DNA of 28,219 nt from a virus. Taxonomy: Duplodnaviria; Caudoviricetes. The notes under the pieces are model-generated. The model was given only the letters and a program-made list of their open reading frames with translations, had not been told where the DNA came from and did not search any database. Positions 1-8,600 of the stretch are shown here, piece after piece. Each line of letters starts with the position of its first letter. Position 1 is the first letter of the stretch. The position numbers and the translations under genes are program-made. Where the stretch lies: the IMG/VR virus record IMGVR_UViG_3300026292_000026, positions 1 to 28,219 of that record; one strand, 5' to 3'.

Positions 1-1010
1 TTCAATGTAACCTTAATTTGGTCACCGTTGTTCTGAATTGGGTATGGACCATTTGTAAATCTTTCAGCGAACATTATGCTGCTGTAAAGAGTTAGGTTAC
101 CAGTTCCATCCAATGCAGGAGTTGTGGTGAATGTAGTTGTTGAAGGTGTACTGAATACAGTATATGTTTGCTCAGTAGTAGTTGTGTTTGAAGTACCACG
201 TGCAATGTAAATAACATCGCCTGGTTGTAACTGGTGAGCAGAACCAGCAGTTGCTAATGTATAGTCAAGTGTGATACTTGGGTCAGTAGCACCCTGAATG
301 TTATCAGTTAGAGCAACAGCAGCGTTTGCACTATCAACAAGATAGATGCGTCTTTGAGCACGATCAATACCACCAACAACTGTAGATCCTGGAACAGCAG
401 TGTTACCACCTACAGTCATTCCGATAGTGATGTTGTCCATGATGGAGGCAACATTAGGAAGAGTGATATAGTCGTTACCGATAACTCCAATACACACGTT
501 TGAAGCATCACCCTTTGTTAGAGTAGTAGCAGCAGCACCTGAAGCAGCATCAGCAACACCTTGAACAGCAAGAGGCATGTTATTTGCTCTTACGATGTAG
601 TAACCATAAACATTACCAGCAGCACCAGAGAAGGTAAATGTCTGTTCAGGGTAAGTAGCAGTTGTTACAACGTTGGCAGTAGAGTCTTGGTTGATTTTCC
701 ACTGACCACCATTTAGGAGAATACCATACTGTCCAGTATAATCGTATCTTGCTTCTGTACGATTATTGATACATGTAGGATAGCCTGTGTTTACAGTCTG
801 ACCATACTGGTTAGTGTTACCATTCTGGTATGGTTCGTAGTACGCTGTCGCACTAGGTACGTCTGCTTCTGCAGGTGTCGTGTCACTAGTGTAAAGTTTA
901 AGGACTAAATCCCTTGGTGCATTATCCTCTCTATCCAAAACAAAGTTGTTCTGGTTAACAAGATAACGTAGTGACTCCAATTCACCAATATTAGGTACTA
1001 ACAGTGCCAT
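1..1010 (-). CDS. Conserved cyanophage virion structural protein, 3' end runs off the window (>=336 aa)
   Basis: Not in the ORF track. ATG at 1008-1010 with GGAG SD at 1020-1023. Manual translation reads MALLVPNIGELESLRYLVNQNNFVLDREDNAPRDLVLKLYTSDTTPAE...YPEQTFTFSGAAGNVYGYY...IMFAERFTNGPYPIQNNGDQIKVTL. Preceded by a TATAAATA late promoter. Confidence 0.85.
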   Translation of the reverse strand, partial: MALLVPNIGELESLRYLVNQNNFVLDREDNAPRDLVLKLYTSDTTPAEADVPSATAYYEPYQNGNTNQYGQTVNTGYPTCINNRTEARYDYTGQYGILLNGGQWKINQDSTANVVTTATYPEQTFTFSGAAGNVYGYYIVRANNMPLAVQGVADAASGAAATTLTKGDASNVCIGVIGNDYITLPNVASIMDNITIGMTVGGNTAVPGSTVVGGIDRAQRRIYLVDSANAAVALTDNIQGATDPSITLDYTLATAGSAHQLQPGDVIYIARGTSNTTTTEQTYTVFSTPSTTTFTTTPALDGTGNLTLYSSIMFAERFTNGPYPIQNNGDQIKVTL

Positions 1011-1053
1011 TTAATTTGTCTCCAAAAATCGTTGTGTGTTGCTTGCTTAAGTT

Positions 1054-1061
1054 TATTTATA
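1054..1061 (-). promoter_or_regulatory. T4-type late (gp55) promoter TATAAATA
   Basis: Exact consensus in the intergenic gap, about 44 nt upstream of the ATG at 1010. A second variant, GATAAATA, lies at 1080-1087 overlapping the upstream stop codon. Confidence 0.8.
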
Positions 1062-1085
1062 AAATAAATCTCCCTCTGATATTTA

Positions 1086-1790
1086 TCAAAGGAAAACTTT
1101 CAGTGATAACGTGAATCTACGGATGTTATTTACTTGGTCAACCCTGAATCTGAGCATATCTCCAGCGATGAGATCAATGTCCCATGCAGAGAGGTTATCA
1201 CTGAAAGCTTTCAGGTTACCACTGATCTGTGGTTTCGCACTTCCACATATAGTTTGGAAGTTGGGATAATCATTAAACGTACATTTCTGTACATCTAATA
1301 TTAGAATACCCACTGCATCAGCAGTTAATGTCCAAGACTGTATTTTTCCAGTAACATCAATACCCAATTCACCTTTAGGTCCGTTGTTCATATCAACAGA
1401 ACCACTACTATAAACCATATTAACAGTTCTAGTAAGATCTGCAGTTGTAGATGTAGCAATAACAAATGCAGGATCACCAAGGTCAGGTGCAGTAGCAAAT
1501 GTAATTTGACTACCAGTAACAGAAAAATCTATTCCTGGATGTTGTATCTGACCATTGATTGATACAATTAATTGTGCATCATTCGTAGGAGTATATGGAT
1601 CACCATTCTCAGTTAAATCGAATGTAGTTGTTACTCCATTAAACCCAGTGTTGATAGAATCTAGAACAACATTATTGTTCTGTAGATACTTCGCTGGAAT
1701 ATCATAAGTAACCCCTACAGCATATTTTTTCTGAGCTTCAGAAACTACGCTATAGTTCTGGTTTTGTACTGATACATTATAGGTAGGCAT
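1086..1790 (-). CDS. Virion structural protein (234 aa) with an 'NG-x-Q...ITF..AP' beta module
   Basis: Contains FNGVTTTFDL...VSINGQIQHPGIDFSVTGSQITFATAP, a module also found in gp7 of this window. Its start overlaps the upstream stop (TGATG). Structural-cluster context. Confidence 0.75.
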   Translation of the reverse strand: MPTYNVSVQNQNYSVVSEAQKKYAVGVTYDIPAKYLQNNNVVLDSINTGFNGVTTTFDLTENGDPYTPTNDAQLIVSINGQIQHPGIDFSVTGSQITFATAPDLGDPAFVIATSTTADLTRTVNMVYSSGSVDMNNGPKGELGIDVTGKIQSWTLTADAVGILILDVQKCTFNDYPNFQTICGSAKPQISGNLKAFSDNLSAWDIDLIAGDMLRFRVDQVNNIRRFTLSLKVFL

Positions 1791-2125
1791 CAGGAAACTC
1801 CAGGTGTTACTTCAAGTATTCCTTCAATAACTCTTGACTTAGTACCCGAAGGTGCGGTCAGGAGAATATCATAAACATATCTTCTAGCAGTTAGACTTGC
1901 TGTTGCAGCGTTGTCTAAACTAATTTTTAACTGTCCATTATATCTATCTGGAAAGTCAACCACAAAGTCACTAGATGTACTAGAAGTATAACTCTTCTTA
2001 ATCTTGGCCACAGCAGTGTAACCAGTTAAATTTAATGGGGTGGTGTTTGCTTCATTCTGAATATTGAAGGTTGCTGCAAAGTCAGTTCCTTTCTCACATA
2101 TTAGATTTATCGGTATAGCAGCCAT
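1790..2125 (-). CDS. Small beta-sandwich virion/baseplate-associated protein (111 aa)
   Basis: Start revised to the ATG at 2125 (MAAIPINLICEKGTDF...LNLTGYTAVAKIKKSY...RYVYDILL...RVIEGILEVTPGVS). The track's start at 2158 lies inside the promoter/terminator hairpin. The motif pattern is typical of phage structural proteins. Confidence 0.75.
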   Translation of the reverse strand: MAAIPINLICEKGTDFAATFNIQNEANTTPLNLTGYTAVAKIKKSYTSSTSSDFVVDFPDRYNGQLKISLDNAATASLTARRYVYDILLTAPSGTKSRVIEGILEVTPGVS

Positions 2126-2130
2126 CTGAC

Positions 2131-2164
2131 AAATAAAGAACCCCTCACTATTTAGCAAGGGGTT
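2131..2164 (-). terminator. Putative intrinsic terminator with a late promoter in its loop
   Basis: Minus strand reads AACCCCT-TGCTAAATAGTG-AGGGGTT-CTTTATTT: a 7-bp stem (2139-2145/2158-2164) followed by a U-rich tail, just after the stop at 2176. Confidence 0.6.
2149..2156 (-). promoter_or_regulatory. Late promoter variant GCTAAATA
   Basis: About 24 nt upstream of the ATG at 2125. The same variant precedes gp25. Confidence 0.65.
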
Positions 2165-2175
2165 ACTTTGTTATT

Positions 2176-2415
2176 CTAACCTTCTACAACTGGAGGTGCT
2201 ACAGGCGGTGCTTCTTCACCTTCTGTTGCTGGTGGTTCACCTTCTGGAACAGGTGTTTCTCCTGTTAATATACCAATTGTTTCTAAACCGCCCTCTAGTT
2301 TTGTACGGTACTCTCTTAAGCGGATAAGTTCTGCTTCTGCTTTTGAAATTTTAGCATTAGCATCTGCTAATTGCTTTGTGAACTCTTCCCTGAGATTCGC
2401 AGCTTCCATTGTCAT
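2176..2415 (-). CDS. Hypothetical coiled-coil protein with a Pro/Glu-rich tail (79 aa)
   Basis: Heptad-like LREEFTKQLADANAKISKAEAELIRLREYRTKLEGGLE followed by an acidic proline-rich tail. It has its own promoter and terminator. Confidence 0.8.
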   Translation of the reverse strand: MTMEAANLREEFTKQLADANAKISKAEAELIRLREYRTKLEGGLETIGILTGETPVPEGEPPATEGEEAPPVAPPVVEG

Positions 2416-2439
2416 GTGTGTGTAATGATCGATCTTACA

Positions 2440-2453
2440 TATTTATTATAGCA
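2440..2453 (-). promoter_or_regulatory. Overlapping late promoter (AATAAATA, 2440-2447) and sigma70 extended -10 (TGCTATAAT, 2445-2453)
   Basis: Minus strand reads TGCTATAATAAATA in the 45-nt gap upstream of the ATG at 2415. There is no good -35. Confidence 0.6.
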
Positions 2454-2460
2454 CAGAAAC

Positions 2461-2655
2461 CTATCTTTGCATACCACGTATCATGGATTTCAAAACTTCT
2501 ATCTCTGCTTTAAGTTCATCTATCTCTCTATCAGTCCTACCAGACTTAACACGTGCTGCTCTTACTGCTTCAAATGCCTTGGTATCACTATTAATTATAG
2601 CACCTGTGTTGGAGTCTCTATAAAGACTATCCTCACCTTCTACCTGTATATTCAT
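2461..2655 (-). CDS. Conserved small T4-like phage protein (64 aa) coupled to the VrlC-like gene
   Basis: VEGEDSLYRDSNTGAIIN motif plus a C-terminal coiled coil. TAATG overlap with the upstream stop. Confidence 0.8.
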   Translation of the reverse strand: MNIQVEGEDSLYRDSNTGAIINSDTKAFEAVRAARVKSGRTDREIDELKAEIEVLKSMIRGMQR

Positions 2656-5600
2656 TAGAAGGATGCTACTGCTCTTAGGTCTTGTAACTTAGGTACGTAT
2701 GATGGGTTATCCGAATTCATAACAACCTTAACTGCGAATGAGGTAAACTCAGGTAAGTTAGTAACACTAAATGGTATTTCCTGATATGAACCTTGCTTCT
2801 CAAAGAGACCAGATATTTCATTCTCTGCTGAAGCAGTTAAGTCTATATCAGACTTACCATCTGTGTTAAAGAATGTCCATTCGATATCATCAAAATTAGT
2901 CTCACTAGACTCTTCTTTAAACTTATAAAGAACCTTAACATCAGATGTATTTCTTATGTTAGCAGTAAGTTTAACATCAATAGATGTACCTGGATTATCT
3001 AAAGAGATTTCCTTAGTAACATACTTAGCAATACCAGAGGTATTCTTAGATGAATCTTCTGTTACATATCCTATACCTGTCTGATAAGACATCTTATTAA
3101 CTTCCCACCAGTCCTTAGTATTTGCTGGTTGACCTACGTATTGTAAGTAATCTCCAGATCTAAAGATATCTGCTGTTTGAGTAGCAATATCTGCACTTCT
3201 ATTGAAAGCACTTCCACCAGTTACTTTTGAAGTAAAGTCATCATTGATAGGTTGTTTGTTATTAAATACAACCAACTGTCTACTATTAACATCCCAATCT
3301 ATAATAGTTCCACCAATCTTCTCTGCATACAATTCATCATTATCAACATTTGCATCTTCGTTAATATTATAACCATTAACTACAGTATTAAGTGAGAATG
3401 AAGGAACCTCTTCAGTAGGACCAGAATCACTGATCGTAACTGTTTTACCTACTAGATTACCACCAGCTGCAGATTGTGTTTGGAATGTTAATGTTTCACC
3501 AGCTTTAAACTGTCCAGTGTTCTTGAGTTTAACAACAATAGATGTGAAATCTGATGCACATGAAAGAACTACTCCACTACCACCTTGTAATCCGACAACC
3601 TCAGATGTTGCTGCTACTGTTGTAGAATCAATATTCTGACCAGTTGTAATCTCTATTCTATTATCAGATCCATCAACATTACCTGCAATGGTTAAAGTAT
3701 AAACCTTATAAAGTTCTAAGATCTGATTTTGTCTACCATACCTAGACTCAGTTCCATTAGGATTCTCAATTCTATTAGATATAGTCTTAACAGTGCTAGT
3801 TCTTAAATCTACTACTGGACTCAAATGAGACACAGTAGATGATAGATCTAACTTATAAACCAATGATTGAGAAAGAGAGTTCTTCAACTCATTAATTCTA
3901 GAAGCTACGACTTTCTGATTGATAAAGTAATGTTCTTGACCTATAAATGTTTTCTCATAATCAGATTGAGAATATGAGTTGTAATTAACAGGACCATTAT
4001 CTACTGGGATAATATTGGTTGTTTTAACAGTAGAGTCAATCTTTGTTTCTGGGAATGAAAGATAACCTATATCAGCATATAGTTTTTCATACTTCTTGTT
4101 AACTGAAATCATTCCAGTAGATCCACCAGCAATGATATTAGAACTTGCTTGTGTTGGAGAGACAATATTGAAAGTGTCTACACCACTGTTAACGACTTTA
4201 TATAAGTTTGTATTTAAGTTAGCAGCACTTATACCACCAGTTGATTCCAATCCTTTAAAGAAGACGTAGGAGTTACCACCATCTTCAAATCCATGATCTC
4301 TATGAGTTACTTCAACATAGTTATTATTACCTCTGAATTTCTTCAATGTAGCACTACTACCAGACTCAGCACTTGTACGAACTGATCCAGGATACATTGA
4401 TTCATAACCAAGATTTTCATTTGTTAATAGTAAACTACCTGATCTAGATGTATTAAACTCTGCTCTATGAAGCTCAAACTTAATATCTTCTCTGAGATCT
4501 TCATTCCAACTATCTACGTTTTGAGATCTGTATACAGAACCCAATCCTGGTTGAGATGTTACAGTACCAGATCCTGCAGCAGCACCTATTTCAGAACCCC
4601 ATATCTCATAATCAACAGAATCTGTTTCAACAACAAAAGCATATTCAGTATCATTCTGTAAGTATACAGGATGATTAAACTCGAAATAAGTACCAACACT
4701 ACCAGCAACATCAGTTGTTAAGTTGGTTGCTACACCCATTCTAACGCCTGGTGTATCGTTTGATATTATTGCTTGTACTGATCCACCAGAATTACTCGTA
4801 CCTGTACCAGCAATAACAATTGAAGGAGGACTTGTATATCCAGCACCAGATATAGAAACTTCAGAACTGAATAGTTTACCATCAGATAATCCTAATGAAC
4901 CTGTTGCAGTAGTACCACCAGGTAACTGAGGACTCTCTATAGTCATCGTTGCTGTATCATATCCAACACCAGCATCAATAACTTTCAAATCAATTACTCT
5001 ACCTGAATCTTTAGCAATAGTAACAGTGATGTTAGTATTGTTGGTATTGTTAGCAAGAGTTACTGAAGGAAGAGTTATAGTCTCTGCTGGACTGAATGAA
5101 GTTCCATTATTGTTGGAAAGTACAAGAGTATAAACCTGATCAGGAGCAACAGGTATCCTATCAGCATTTCCAGGTAAAACTTCAATACCAGTCTTATCAA
5201 ATACTTTATAAACAGGACCAGATGCACCAGACTGAACACCAGATGCTATTTCTCCAATCTCAATAGTAGTCTCTTGAGACACATATATCTTAAGGAATGT
5301 TTCTGGTGAGATAGTCTTCTCTGTACCAGGAACAATATACTTACCTGGCTTACCACTTACAGTATTGGTTAGGTATGTTCTAACTGGTATAGAAGATGCT
5401 TTCTTATTAAAGTAAAGAGTTAATCCAGTAACGAAACATCCACCATCAAGATTTTCAACCTTAAATGTTTGAGCAAGAGGATTAGGTCTCTTCTCATTAG
5501 CAGCATCAACAATTTGCTTACCTTCATTAGACTTAAGGAATGCAGGTAATGTTGAAACAATACCAGTAGGATTAGAAGGTAATATACCTGTTGGGTAGTA

Positions 5601-8600
5601 TTTAACTTCAGTGTATGTTTCTACATTGTCTTTATTACTATCAGTAGAACTCGAAGTAAATCTAATTGTTTTTTCACCTGTCGTGAATTGTAATTGTTCA
5701 GAACTGGTATCATAACTTGTGTTATAGAGATAGTTGTTCCAAGTACTTCCTTGTGTTGGAGCATAACCATTAGGTATTATAATAAGACCACTAGCATTAC
5801 CACTACTATCAGTAACAATAGAGGATCCAAATGTTGATAGTGAGTTTGAAGGTGATCCTGTAAATCTTAGATCAGGATTAACCCATCTACTAATATCTCT
5901 ACCTTCCATAAATGGATAGATTCTAGTATTAGGTTTTAATCTACGAACAGTAAATTTAACTGCTCTTGACTTAGCAAATTGCTGTAATGAAGTAGCAACA
6001 GCAGTCTCACCAATAACCTTAGTTTGAATACCTTTACCAGTTTCATTATTCTGTGGACTGATATTAGAAGAACTTCCTACATTAGCAATAGTAACAGTAG
6101 ATTCTACTTGATCAGAGTTGATATCAGAAAGAGGTCCGATATTAAAGAAGTTCTGATTAGATCCAATCCAGTTAACTGTATAAGAATTATACAAACTAGC
6201 ATATGCATCACGTACATTATCCTTAGCAAGGAATATAGTATAAAGTGAAGTATTGTTATCAGATACTAAAGGAGCATCTGTATTTTCATACCAAGTATCA
6301 ACAGGAGCATCTAAAGACGCATCCCCAACATACTGAATAACCACAAATGGATTTGGATTAATAGTTTTAGTAGCAAATGGGTTGCTAAGTAAGTTTAAAG
6401 ATGTGTATGGAAGAGTAATTAGATCACCAGACTTCTGGTATCCAGCAACTACTCTTTCATCTTCCTTTGTATTAACTTCTACTAACCTAAGTGAATCTTC
6501 TCTTGACTGAGCTCTCAATACAGATTGCTTAGTATCAATAGAGCAATTATAGTCAATAGATTTAAGGTTACCAATCTTATGAGTCTCGAAGTTATCTACA
6601 ACAAATCCACTCTTAAACCTTTCAAGTCCAACATCATCCTTGATCTGCATATTCAATGCTTGCTGTTCAAGGACACTAAGAAGTGTATAGTATTCTAATC
6701 TTTCAACACGCTTCTCTAACTTGCCGATATCACGCATTGTATAACGCTTGTTATCAACAGGTATTACTCTTACATCAGAAGCATCTGTTGTATAAGCAGG
6801 GATGTACAAATAAGATAATGCAATAGCATCATCAACTGCTTCAGGTCTTGATGGGTTTAATGAGGAATTACCTTCCTTAACTACAAATTGACCCTTCTTG
6901 GTTAGGAATATACCATCTATACGATCTAGATATTGTTTCTGATAGAATGAAACTGTATATCCTAAATTTGTATCAGATGCTGGACAACTTGATACCACAC
7001 CACCATCTCCATCAAAATTATTGAATGCAGAATTTTTAAAGATAGATTCATCACCAAATCCAGTGATAGTAGCATTGTTATCTACTTTTGGACGGAAATC
7101 AATTACATCTCTTAATTGTGTTACACCATATACAGAAGAGTTGAATGATGGAATCTCCATAGTAGAAACTCCAGCTTCATGTAGATAGGAATCTACAGTA
7201 CAGAAATCACCTTGTGAGTGATCGAAGTAATCAAATGATACTAGAATCTGACCAGTAGGTAGATCAAAACCAGGTTTAATAACAATACGAGATACATCAT
7301 ATAAAGTATCACGTTGACCATCATCAAATGTGAATCTATTAGTTACATCAGTACCACTAATTAAATTACCAGCACTATCAATTGTTGGTGCAGCAGTAGA
7401 AGATCCTTCATATATCCAATTAACTTTTAGTACATCAGAATATGAAATTGTCTTAATCTCTGATGATTGCTGATCCTGACCTCTTAGAGGAATAATATTA
7501 TCCCTATTTGGATTGATAACTATTCTCTTATCTCTAATAATAGTCTTCAATCTTGGTCTTGCTTTAGTTAACTCTAGAGTAGCAGTCAACTTAAGTTTAG
7601 GATAGTTACCATTACTTACAGTTCCAAAGTAATTTTCAGGCAGTGTGATACTAACACTACCAGCAGTTAAACCAGTAGAAGCATCAACTGAACTTACAAC
7701 TTCAACAACATCAGATGGAATATAAACAATATCACCTGTCTCACATTGAGTACCACTGCCCTTATCATGAACAGTAAGTATAAAGTTCTTTTCAGTGAAT
7801 GGAACAAACTTTTGAGTACCATACTCTAGGTTTGCTTTGAAAGTAAGCTTACCACCTGAAGTAGAAGTATCTAAAATAAAGTCTCTTCTGGAATTGAATA
7901 CAATAGCAGTATCATCAGTTCCCTTCACAAGTGAAGCAACCTGTTTTGATCCTGTTGGGAATACCAATGAAGATTTAGAAGCATTATCAATCTTTGGTCT
8001 TACTCGTAGTACAGTTGTACTAGTTACAGTAGAAGGAAGTAAAGAATCTAAGTATATCCTTGATTTTTTAGTACCTTCTGGTTTTGTAGCCTGTTGAACA
8101 ATTGCCTTAACAAGGAAGTTGTTTGCATCAGAGAATTGTACTAAATCTCCTTGTACCAAAGACTTAGATGCATCTCCACCAAATCCAGTACATTCAACAT
8201 AGTCTGTACCAACAGTACCACTAAATGTAAAGTCTGTAACATTTGTACTTGTTACATATGATTCTCTTGATAGTTCTACATCAGAAGTAAAGAGATTAGG
8301 TGCTACACCACCTTCAGGTGCTACACCAAATCTACCCCACATAGACTTAACATTTTGTGGTGTAAATGTCTGAATAACATTTTTGAATAGAACTGCACGT
8401 GCTTGTGCAACTGTAGTTGGAGTACCAGTTGATGTAATTACAACTGCTGGTGGTTGTGAATATGTACCAGATACTAAATTTCTATCCTCAATTGTAATTT
8501 TATAAATTCCCTGATCTTGTAAAGCAGGTGTAATTACAGAAGGATCATATATCACACCACCAACCTGAACTGTAGTTATTCCACCATAAGCAGCACCTCT

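Noticed and set aside
8298-8328. 13-bp direct repeat AGGTGCTACACCA x2
   Set aside because: An in-frame micro-duplication encoding GVAP-EG-GVAP in VrlC. Only two copies, so not a CRISPR array or att site.
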